The position numbers and the translations under genes are program-made. A stretch of DNA of 64,000 nucleotides from Monocercomonoides exilis PA203 (lineage: Eukaryota > Protista > Preaxostyla). The notes under the pieces were generated by a model that was not told where the DNA came from, ran no database searches, and saw nothing but the letters and a program-made list of their open reading frames with translations. The stretch lies in NCBI GenBank assembly GCA_001643675.2, contig LSRY02000015.1, forward strand, positions 496,001 to 560,000. Reading direction: 5' to 3'. Below are positions 10,421 to 21,800 of the stretch, piece by piece (within the stretch, counting starts at the first letter, position 1; every line of letters starts with the position of its first letter).

Positions 10421-12228
10421 AGGAAAACAATTCAACCAACAATAATTAGAATACAACAACAACTGTGCGCCAGTGCATTTGCAAAGAGTGCTCATCTCCT
10501 GCACTTTTTGACAGAAGCATGACATTCGTCTAAAATTGTTGTATTCATCAATCCACATGAAAAAATAGCATATTCAAATAAATTTGAAGCAACCTAAAAA
10601 ATATCGGCTTTCACGCTATCATTTTTGAAAAGGGGGTTTTGTTTTGATGCAGATAAGTATAATCATGCTTTATCATTTATGACTTGTGGTAATGGATGTT
10701 CTGATCGAATTGTTTTGTTTGAAGTGAAATGAAAACTTGCAAGATGAGAGATCGATGAATGAACATTTTCTGCAATATAGGGGATATTGTTTTGTGTGGT
10801 TGAGCGAGCAATGACAACGAGGCATTGATGATGGAATTGGGTGAGATGATTTTTTTGTGAAAAGCATCTTTAAAGGGAATACATCAATATCTGAATTTTG
10901 AAAGAAAATGTATTTATGTTTGTATTTTTTTTGTTGTTTTTGTTCATTTAAAAGATGATTCCATCTGTGGCCTTCTCAGAGTGCAAAAATCTGATTAATT
11001 ATTTGAATGTCCATTCATTTGATTTTCCGAGGAGAATATCAGAGAGATCTATGCCGAGATGCAATCAGCAGATGAGAATTACATATTTTATTATTCAGAA
11101 AAAAGAGGGGACGAAAATAAATTCGATTGAAAAGCATTTGGATGAGAGGGAAAAAAGAATATCAACAATTGAACAGAACTTGGAAAGAAAAAATGCTGAG
11201 ATATTTTTTTCCGGAAAAAAGTGGATGACAACATCAAAAGCTGGACATTTTTGAAGGAAAAAAGGATGATAAAGAAAAGAGCACAGGAAAACAATGGAAC
11301 AGGAGATTGATAGCATCAGTGATTGAACAATCCTCTGCGTTTGCGAAAAAGATGGCAGGTGTGTTCTCTTGAGGAATTTTTGAAATCAGTACAAAACTAA
11401 TTTCTTTTTTCATATCATGCTTCTCATTCCAATCAACAGCATTTTTTATGTTGAGCGTCGTTCCCAGGGACAATACATTTCAAGCAACTTTTTTGAAGAC
11501 TACACATTTTCTTCTCCTCTCCTTCGGTCTCTTCATTGATGATATTTTTTTAATTTGGCTGACGGAAAGAACATCTTTTTCATATTTGAGAACTTATTGT
11601 TTGAGGATCCATCAAATTCTCATGATGCAACATGGAGTGGATCTACCATCTGTTGTTGCTGTTGGCCACAATGAAATTCGAATCTGCACAATATGTTGAA
11701 ATTCTATTCTGATGAGTCTTGTTCACATTTGTTGCTCAACTGGAACAAAAAGCATCATCGAACTCTTTTCATCAATGTCTGTTTCTGATTCATCTCCTCC
11801 TTCTTCTTTTTATTTTCATTTTCATTTTTATTTTTTACTCAAACATCCCTTCAAATCATATTTGTAAACTTTTGAACGAGGCAATGATTGAGGACTTTGC
11901 ATATCTTCTTCTTCCTCGTTCAATCGATGTCAAACTTATTTGTCGCCATTTCATCATCTGTAATCTCCATTAACTTCTCATGTTGTTCAAAATTAAAAGA
12001 ATAATGAAAAAGAGTGTGTGTTAGTGTGTGAGGAAAGATACTTCACAAATCAAAAAATAAATAAATATGCTGTCATTTTATCTTTCTTTTTTTGTTGCAA
12101 TATTATGTTTCACAGAGGATTGCAAAAAATAGCCTTGAAAAATATAGTTTCAAATGCATTAAAAATTGTGACTTGATGAAAAAGAATGAACACGTATCTG
12201 AGTACAAAGCATGATGCACCACATTCCC

Positions 12229-13644
12229 TCAAGCAACAATGAAATAGACCTCGAAATTGAAAGACAAATTGCAATAATATCTTCCGTTCAAAAAATCGAT
12301 TGTTTTCCAGAAACTTCCAACGACATCTTCATACCCTTTTTCTTCCATCTTTTCAATAATCTCCATTTTTGTTATCTTTCTTTTGATTTCATCTTTTTCG
12401 TAATCTGTTTTGCTGTTCAATCTTCTCGCAATTGAAATAAAATATCTCAAACAATTCCATGCAATTTTGTCATTCGATGTTGATTGCAGAAACTCCTCCA
12501 AAATGAAGTCAATAGCCCCTCCTCTCAGCAATGAGCAAACACTCACAGTTCGCAGAGGAGCCATCATTTGAAAAAGTACTATGCATTTCCAGTGAAGATC
12601 TCTTTCATTTCCTCTTGTGGCTTTGCACAGATTGACAAGACAACGAATCAATCCTTCATTTTTGTCATTCAACTGTTGGATGAACCAAAAATAGGAGCTC
12701 AGTGTTTGAATCCATTTTGTTATAATCTGCACTTCTTTTATTTCCTTCAATTTGAAGTTCATTTTCTTCCAATCCACACTTCTTGTCAGTTCTTCCAATT
12801 CTCTTTTCGCCTCTCTCGCAAAATGCAGCTCGTTCACAACCACTCCTTCCAAACATTTATTGGTGGACAATTGGTTTATCATTAATTGCCAGACAGACTG
12901 ATACGCAAGTTGTGTCAGATTGAAATGTTTTTGATGATATTCGATAATTTCTTTGATTATTTCCATGACTAATTCTTGTTTCATTCCCTTCCAAAAAAAT
13001 AACGAATATATCAATAAATGAAGCAAAAATAAAATCATTAAATAACATTTCGAATTATTCAAACTTCCCAATGTTCAATGTTGTTCAATGCAAGCAAAGA
13101 CATTTCCACTTCGTTTCGTGCCTCTCTGTTTTCATCTTTGTTTGTAGCCACTTTCAGAAGGCAAGACACACACACAGGAAGCAATTTCGACGAATCTCCG
13201 CTTTTCAGAAAAAGACAGCATTCGCAAAGATCAATCAAGATCTTATCATTCTTTTTTTCATTTTTCTTCTCTTCCTCAATAATCATCCAAACAATTCTGT
13301 TGCCCAACGAGGATTGATCAAATTCGAAAACTGATATGTTTTTAAGCACTTTATAATATCCCATGTTCTTCAAAAATGTTATAGCGTTTTCTGCAGACAG
13401 TTTCTTTTCTTCAGTCATTTGTACTATTTCATTGAACAGCTCTTTTGATAAAGTTGATTCAAATTCTTTTTCATCCATTTCCCCCACAAAATCGTTCATT
13501 TTCACGATTTTTTCTTTCAATTCATCTTTTGTGCAATGATCCAGTTCACGGAGCAATTCTTTTAGAATTGCAAATAATAATTGTTGAGCATTCTTTGAAG
13601 CAATCAAAATATCTCAAACTATTTATTTTTTCCTTTGAAGACAT
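12229..13644 (-). CDS. Uncharacterised alpha-helical (ARM-like) multicopy-family protein, 2 introns
   Basis: ATG at 13644. GT-AG introns 13619-13559 and 13064-12988 join the ORF-track pieces in frame (MSSKEKINK/LLRELDHC...HWE/GMKQEL). Motifs include LIDLCEC, CLLKVA..K, NLTQLAYQS.W and ELHFAREA.RELEEL. Confidence 0.75.
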
Positions 13645-14686
13645 CTCTCGATTTCCACAGGCAGGTTTATCACTATCATTCGCTTTCATAATACTTATAT
13701 TTGATAAAACAATATTTATTCAAAATTGTTATTCGCCTGACAAAATAAAAGATATCAAAAACATCGTTGGTTCAAAGCATTATTAAAATATTTCTATTCA
13801 AACTCACGTTGTTTTTGCTTTTGGAAAAGGTGTGCAAAAGAAATTTTAATGAATCGATTTCTCCTGTTTAATTAAAGATCACATATAAAATTAATATTTC
13901 GAATTTTTCTTGAATTTTTATTTTATCACGGAATATTAATGTTATTTAATAGAGAAATGTTGCTCACTTCTTTTTAATAGATTGCAGTAGGCCTTTGCGA
14001 CGAGAACAAATTTTTTGATGCATGTCGGTCGTAAAGCAAAACCGATGTCTAGGAGGTTTTTTTTTTTTTTTTTTTTTTGCAAGTATATGAAAGACTTATA
14101 ATGACAAAATTGCAGTTAAGTTTGGAACAAATCTTTGTTTTTGTCATCATTGAAAAAATTATTCTTAAAATTATTTATCTTTGAACGCGCAATTTTTTGA
14201 TTTTTTAGAAAAAATAATAATTATCATCATAACCTGAATATTTGAAAATGAAAACGCATCACATTGTCAAACAATGCTTTATTCAATAGTGAAAAGTTGT
14301 TTATGTTGGAAAATATTTTGATGAACAAAATATGACAATAAAAGAAATCAGAAAATGGATTGATTGATTTATTCATTTGTGAAATTATTTTGAATAAATC
14401 TCATCAAATTGACACAAATAACTTTTTTTGATTGAATTATGTATGGTTTAACAATGTGGGATGAATCCATTTGGGAATTGCTCGTTTTTTTAAGGTTGAT
14501 GATTTTTTTTTTTTTTTGATAAATCAGAGAATTCAATGTTTATTCACACATATTAAAAATAAGGGTTCGATTTTTTATTATTTTCACAAATATGGGCAAT
14601 TCTTTTTGAAAAGTTACAAATGTTAAATTTTCAAATAAATAAAAAATTTCACATATGGCTCAAAATTTTGTTGACATACACCAAAC

Positions 14687-15150
14687 TAAACATGTGTGAC
14701 TTTGTGACTATTGACAGACAAAATTGGTATCCTGACGGACCGAGAGATTATTTTCACGTCAGAACCTCGATTATAAGAACAAATAATTGCATTTGCAAAT
14801 ATTGTTAAAGATGAATTCAAATAAGTTAAGAATGAAAATACATTTCTCAAAAAGGATATTGACAAAAAATCATATTTGCTATATATTGATCATCGGACTG
14901 TCAATGAAGTCAGTGAAGTCAGTGACTGTCAATGGAGTCAGTATTCTTCAGAGAAGAAATTTTTTATTAATTTATGAAACAAAGAAAAGTTAGAAGAATA
15001 AAATAAAATGAATGTTTTAATATAATTTGATATACATAATGAAAATTACAAAAATCAGAGAAAATTATATATTTCAAATATCAATACTGACGTGGATTTT
15101 TAATTACTGACGGACGTGACAAAAATTTATCAATCTGTAACACATGTTTA
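14687..15150. mobile_element. Non-autonomous hAT-type MITE (464 bp)
   Basis: TIRs TAAACATGTGTGAC / GTAACACATGTTTA match 13/14. Exact 8-bp TSD CACCAAAC at 14679-14686 and 15151-15158. Many internal TGAC/GTCA motifs. Confidence 0.85.
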
Positions 15151-15246
15151 CACCAAACTTCACTAATATGGAATCTATTTAAGGATAATGCAATTTCATG
15201 CATTCAAGTGAAGTTTCATGAGAGAAAACAGAAATTTTATCAAAAT

Positions 15247-15514
15247 GGGGGAAATTTTGGACTTTCAAGCTTTTTGTGCACAAAGCATGAAAAAATTGTT
15301 TCACTTATAACATTTAAAAACTTAATCAGGTGGAAAAAACAATTTGATTTTCATTACTGAAAACAAATATCATTGATATAAAAACATTATGTTTTGCGAC
15401 ATCAAACGTATTTCGAAAAATAAACCCATTTTTTTCAAATTTTCTGATCACAAAAAATTCATATAAGTTGCATAATTTTTCAATGAAAATGCTTGAACTC
15501 AGATATTTTGTCCC
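15247..15514. mobile_element. MITE family B (268 bp), copy 1
   Basis: GGGGG...TCCC ends with AAAT on both flanks. Colinear with, and the same length as, 41942-42209. Confidence 0.75.
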
Positions 15515-15754
15515 AAATATGAAATTTTTATTTTGTTCGAAAATTAATCAAAATGAACCTTTCAAAAAAATCTGGTCAATAATGAAAAATTACATCGTTT
15601 GTTGTTGAAATTTGAAAAAAGAAGAAGTTTTTAATTATTTATTGATATTTATTATATGAAAAAAATTAAAGTTAAATCTGGGCAGCAAAAAAACCTGAAT
15701 AAGCAACAATAATCAGGAAAACCCGAGCAACCAAAAAAAATGGTGAAAGAAAAA

Positions 15755-16976
15755 TTAGTTTTCTTCATTGCTTTTTTTATTGTCGATGATTTCATCAGTT
15801 GATATTTTTCGTTGTTTCGAATGTTCGTTGCACATGTTCTCTATAAGCGAGGCTCTTCGAATTCTTTTTGTTTTTTCTCTGAAAAAAGCATTCGATTCTG
15901 ACTTTTTATCTTTTTGCTTTTCAATATCAAATTGATAAAAAGAAATACATTGCTTCTCAAATAATCCATCATCTTCACATAAATCATATGCCTGAAAACT
16001 TAGATTTGTAAGCCAAACTGCCATTTTTTTATCTAACTTTACATCATCCAAGCCGTTTCTGTTCCTGTTTGCACATTCCTTCTACTGCTTTTTCATTCTC
16101 CGAAAAATAATTCAACAGGAATCCGTTTCTTTGCTAATCTTTCAATAAATGTTATTTCTTCTGTCGTTTAGTATTTTTAATTGGTGTTATGACTTCTATT
16201 CCTTCAACAGCACCTTTGAATTTTCTGTCTGCAATGACTTTCCAATGTTTAATTCCTTCATCCAATCCATATTTTTCTCTTTCGTATTCTGATATTTGCA
16301 AATATTCTTTCAACGGGTGTAAGTTTCGTTTGAACAATGAGAAATCATTGATGTGACCCTCTTCAACTTCTGAAGCAAACAATGCTTCAAAAGGATAGCA
16401 AGCAACAACTGCAACCTGGATTTTCAATTCATAAACTTTATAATGCCCATCCCAGAGCAACTTTTGACTTTCAAAACTGCTAGCTGGCTTACCTGTTCTT
16501 ATTGACGTTGCATCTACTAGCAGTGCAACCGTTTTAAAAGATTTGTCTGTATCAGTGTATTTAGGTCTTCTTTTCTCCTTGTTCATTTTTTTCAAAACTT
16601 TAAACAGGAGTGGATGTATTTGAATTATTGCATCAGAAATAATGTGGCTCCTTCTGTTTAACCAAATCCCAATTCTTGTTTGTGTTGTTCCAGAAAACTG
16701 CCATTCGAGGAAATAAAGCATTTTGTCAGCAAGTGATAAAGAACCTTTTGGTCTTTTTTTCGGAGTCTGGCTTGTTTTGATTTCTAGTTCGCCAATGATG
16801 CTTAATATTTGTTTTTCGGTTAGTTTATATCTATCAAATGATTTTTGTTTTCTTTTGAAATCAAATAGTTGAATCTCTGGCTCAGGATCTGATAACTTCC
16901 TAATTTCAGTGTTCATAATTTTCTTTTCAACGCTATCTTTACATGAATCAGCTTTTCGAAGGGCCAAATCAAACAT
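15755..16976 (-). pseudogene. PIF/Harbinger-ISL2EU (IS5-like, DDE_Tnp_4) transposase pseudogene
   Basis: HTH-like SLADKMLYFL.W, then LLVDATSI, KIQVAV, GHINDFSLF and VIADRKFKG..TPIK. A frameshifted continuation reads ERLAKKRIPVELFFG near 16100-16150, followed by another frameshift and a stop. No TIRs found. Confidence 0.8.
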
Positions 16977-17003
16977 GTCGTTTGTTTCTTTTCTGTAAAC
17001 ATC

Positions 17004-17008
<5 letters not shown>

Positions 17009-17074
<66 letters not shown>
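17009..17074 (+). repeat. Poly(A) tract of about 66 nt
   Basis: Pure A run directly visible, just upstream of the transposase remnant. Confidence 0.95.
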
Positions 17075-17077
<3 letters not shown>

Positions 17078-18820
17078 TGATCAGATAATTTTTCACAATA
17101 TTCAAAATAGAACTTTTCCATTTTATTTTTTGCTGGTAAACAAGACAGTATTCAGGGATGTTCCCGAACTTCAATTGTTCCAAGCACATTTGAATTCTGA
17201 GAAGCACGCACGGAAGTTGAAGGCTGGTGTGAGAGTGCTTGAGAAGAGAAGTCAATATCAAACTGAGATGGAAATTGAATATTGCTTTGAACGGAGTTCA
17301 TATGTGAACTTTGTTCAGAGCAAAATCATTAAATAAAAAACAAAAAACAAATTATTTTTTTATTGCCACAAAGATAACGAACAAAGCAAACTGCAGACAA
17401 AATATTTGGATCAATAATTGGAAGCAAACTCATTTCCGGTTATTTTATCAATATCAAAACAAACTTACAAAAGAAAAGCCCTTTTTACGTATGGTTATGT
17501 TTTCTATTTAGACATATTGGCTTGGTGCGAAAAAATGGGTCTTTTTCGAAAAACATATGACTTTTGGGTTTCAATTCGTTCTTATTTGAAATAACATTTG
17601 TGACGCTCAAAGGGTTTCTCTTTTCGAAAAACAGGCATAATGGTATTATATTGAAGTGCTCAAAACTTTCTTTTTTCTGTTGCAATATGAATATGAGTGA
17701 GTTCTGACATTCTTCATGCTATAAAAACTGCTAGAAAATGACGATAATATTTCCCATTTGTGAAAAATTTTTGGGTGAAATTTTCATATTTTTTGGTTTG
17801 ATCAAATCAAATATCATAAAAAACATAGGATCCAGAAGATGAAAATGATCAATATTTAAAAATTTTGAAAACATTCACCAGAGAAAAATAAGGACTGAGT
17901 TTGGTGTTGGTGATTTGGACGATTTTAAAGAAATAATTGAGAACGATGTGAAATCGAAAATGATGAAACAAATATTATTATCTCGATAAAATTTCTTAAT
18001 AAAAAGGGATAAACAATAAAAGAGAACTAATTTTTGATGCTTTGAAACGATTAAAAATTGAAGTTTAGATAAATATATCATTTTATTCAAAAAAACCATG
18101 TCCCACAATTGAATTATTCAATGGATTTTCATTTTTCTATTTTGTTAATGTCACCAATTTCCTATTCGTTTAATATGAGAATTATGAAATGACATGTATA
18201 TTCAATTCGATAAATAACATTCATAATGAAAATTTTTAACTTCGATATAATCCCATCTTGCCGAAAAATATCTTAAATTTTCATCACTATCTGACATTCA
18301 GCCAATACTCATTTTTCACAAAATATTTTTTTTTCGAAAAATACTCGGTATAATTAATTTTGAATAAGAGATTTTCCAATTTCGAATTATGTATTTACGA
18401 AATCAAAATATTTAATCGTGAAACTTCTGTTCAAAAAGGATGACACACAAAAATACAAATATTTTCACACTGTGGAATTGATTCAATTGCAAGATTAATC
18501 ACTTTTGATTGAAGATTACCAATGAATTCTTTTCATCAATTATCAAAAAAAAATTTTTTAAACGATGAAAGAAAAACATTTTTTTTTAAATTTTTACTAA
18601 TTTTTTCGTTAAAAATTTCTGTTTTATTTTTTGTACTTATAAAATGCCTATTAACATAAATTTTTATTAAAAAATTTCTATCAACTTTCTAAAAAAATTG
18701 AAAATAATTCACCAGTAAATAAAATTTATGTAGAAATTTAATAACATTTCAACAAATTTAAATAAAATATAAAAACCCATAACCGAAAACCATCAATGCT
18801 TCTTTTCCATTAACATCTCG

Positions 18821-21800
18821 CTAAATCATAATTGTGTATCTCATTCCATCTTCTCCATCTAAAACACCTTCAATAGCGAGCTTGATCCTATCAACAGTAA
18901 ACGGAGATATCTGATAGCGCAGCAATGACAATCCTCTGTCACGCCGAGCAGCATTCACTGCATGCCTTAAAGCCATCAAAACAGACACTCCCAGCAATAC
19001 AGGGGACTCAGCTGTTGTCTTCGAAGCACCAACGTTCTCATCGCAGCGGAAGCCATGTGCCAGCGTTGTGTGAAGCTCTAATGGAACATCGCGAGCAAGA
19101 GGCACTGCGTATGTGTGCATGTCACTCAGCATAGCTCCAGTCGCGATGTCATACTCAATTTCTTCACCCGTAACCCATCCAACACCTTGTATGAACCCTC
19201 CTTCCACCTGGCCAGCATCTAAAATAGGATTCAGCGAACGACCAGCATCTTCAATAAGATCTGAACGCAGGATTGTATATTCGCCAGTCGTGCAATCTAC
19301 TTCCACCTCACTCACCGAAACACCAAATGCATAATAAAAAGCAGTAAACCCTGTTTTTGTCTTCCATTGCCAGTTGATCGTAGGAAGGATGAAGTGTGCC
19401 TGCCCAGACATCGCATACCGACTGAAATAAGCTGTTGTGCAGATCTCTGGCCATGTTTTGTCCTTCATCTTTTCTCTCAGAGGAGCAAGCGATGCGTTGA
19501 TTTGCTCACATGCCTTTTTCAATGCTCCTCCGTTCAGATCCAATCCAGTCGAAGCGGCTGTTGGTTGTGTGTTTGTGCATGTTTCTGTGGATGTGTGGAG
19601 CACATGGATGAATGAAATATCAATGCCAAGTGTTTCAGCAGCAACTTGTGCAATTTTGGTGTTCAGTCCTTGTCCCATTTCAATTCCAGAGTGTGCCACT
19701 TCCACAGACCCATCGGGAAGAACATGAACAAGCGCTTCAGCCTGGTTCATAAAGTCATCTTCGAAGCAAGCTCCGTTTTTCATTGGCGTAATAGCTATTC
19801 CTCTCTTTGTGTTCGTGTGTGTTGCATTGAATTCCTCAACAGCCTTCAGTCTGTTTTCGTAGTCTGAAGTCTTCATCAACTCGTCCCACATAATTCGGAT
19901 GAACTTCTCTCCTTTGTTTTGCGAAATGAGTGATCCTGTCACAAGTGGATCACCAACCTTGTTCAGGTTGATGTCTCTAATTTGTGATTGAGGTATTCCC
20001 AGAACATCAGCCACATGTTCCATTATCATTTCAATAAAGAGGCACGATTGTGGAGCACCAAATCCTCTGAAGGCAGTGTTCGGGTTGTGATTTGTCTTGG
20101 CAGCTCTTGCAATCACCCTGATGTTTGGTATTGTGTATGTTCCTTGAAGTTGGAATGCACATTTGAACAGCACAGGACCTGTAACATCATGAGCATATCC
20201 ACCCTGCGCAATCACTTCAGCATCAAGTGCTTTGAGAAGTCCGGTCTTCTTCGACGCCACAACTGTATATCTGCACCACATCGGATGCCGCCCTCCGTGC
20301 ACAGCCATATCCATCGACCGCTTCATCACTAGACGGACTGCGCGGCCTGTTTTTTTGGCGGCCACAGCCGCAGCTGTTGCCAAGATACATGGACGATCCT
20401 GCTTCCCTCCAAACCCTCCGCCAAGGCGCATAGCTTTGCACATAACTTTGGCGCGAGGGATGCCCAACGCACCAGCCACATCAAACTGAACTTTTGACGG
20501 ATTCTGAGTGGAGGAATAAACATCGACCATTCCATCGTGCGGAATAACTACACAGTTCTGGGTCTCTCCATAATAATGGTCTTGTCCTCCAGCTTTAGCT
20601 TCTCCTTCAATAACAACCCACTCGTCGTTTTCCATTGGCTCTGGAACACCTTTTTTCATTTTTTCTGCAAGCTTCTCCTGCGCCTTGCGTGTTTCTTTGA
20701 TGACTTTCAGCGGCTCTCCAAGAACAATGTCACTTCCTTCATACATCGAGAGGAATGATTTCTTCTCAACCGCCTCTTCCAACGTTAGTATTGCAGGCAG
20801 TTCGTCGTACTCTACTTTGACAAGCGTAGCTGCATATTCTGCGATCTGTGGTGTGTCAGCGAGAATAAGGCCAATTGGCTGGTGCATACATTCCACAACC
20901 TCGTCAGCAAAGATTGTCGTATCCATCACGATTCCTGTGTGCTTGTTAACTCCTGGAATGTCCTTTGCCGTTACAATATCTACCACACCAGGAAGTTTAA
21001 GTGCTTCAGTCCCATCTATCCTTATTATTTTTCCATGAGCAACAGTTGAGAGAATAAATTCAGCGTACAGTCCACGGGGTGGCAGAGGCACATCAACGGT
21101 GTATTGTGTCATCCCTGTTGCGTGTGACTGAAGATGCATGTTGGACATTGGCTTTCCAATTAAAGTATCAACTTTCTCGTAGTCAAACGAATACTTCTGT
21201 AAATTGTGTGTGAAACGTGTTTGCTCAGGCTCCAGCTCCAGCGGCTTTTCGCTGGATGTTTCAGAGTACATCCTTGAAATAGGATCATAAGCATCGAGCG
21301 GATAATCTGACGAGAGATCTAATGGCTCTGGGACGATGGTATTGATCTTTGTTTCAAGATGCTGCGAGAGGTTGTACGCAAAGCGGGTAAGAGCGTCTGG
21401 TGCAGCAACAGTGATGTACCTCTTTGCCAGCCACGTGGAAGGCAAAGGAGGGCACGACGAAGGCAGACGGCTGCACACTTCAGAGTACACTGTGTCTGTC
21501 GAATCGTCAGAGGAAATTCCAGTCAGAAGGATCTCTTCGACTTCACGACGCATCACCTGCTTTGCATCGATTATCGTCTCAGATGACAGAACAGGTGAAC
21601 GCGTCAAAATAAACTCTGCAGTTGATGGAAGCTTGTGCACAATGCAAAAAGGCCGTTTCGAGTTCTTCATTGCCTTAAGAGCAGCGTGTGTGCTTTCTGT
21701 TGGTGAAGAAGCAGACGCTGATGCAGAAGAAAAAGGAGAAGAAGAAGAGGGCGAAGCTGGTTCCTCATCATCGTCTTCAACATTTTCATCAATAACCACA

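Larger units (their letters stand above)
14594..15577. mobile_element. MITE family A, interrupted by two younger insertions
   Basis: Segments 14594-14686, 15159-15246 and 15519-15577 align to the free 240-bp element at 43108-43347. Removing both inserts and one TSD copy each leaves 240 bp. Confidence 0.75.

Noticed and set aside
10900-12000. Short coding-like fragments on both strands
   Set aside because: Multiple stops and no recognisable motif, so I cannot support a call.
14896-14943. CRISPR-like short direct repeats
   Set aside because: Two copies only, no spacers or cas genes, and they lie inside a hAT MITE.
17340-17700. Possible second hAT N-terminal remnant (KPFERHKCYF)
   Set aside because: Similarity is limited to a few residues and is too weak without a search.
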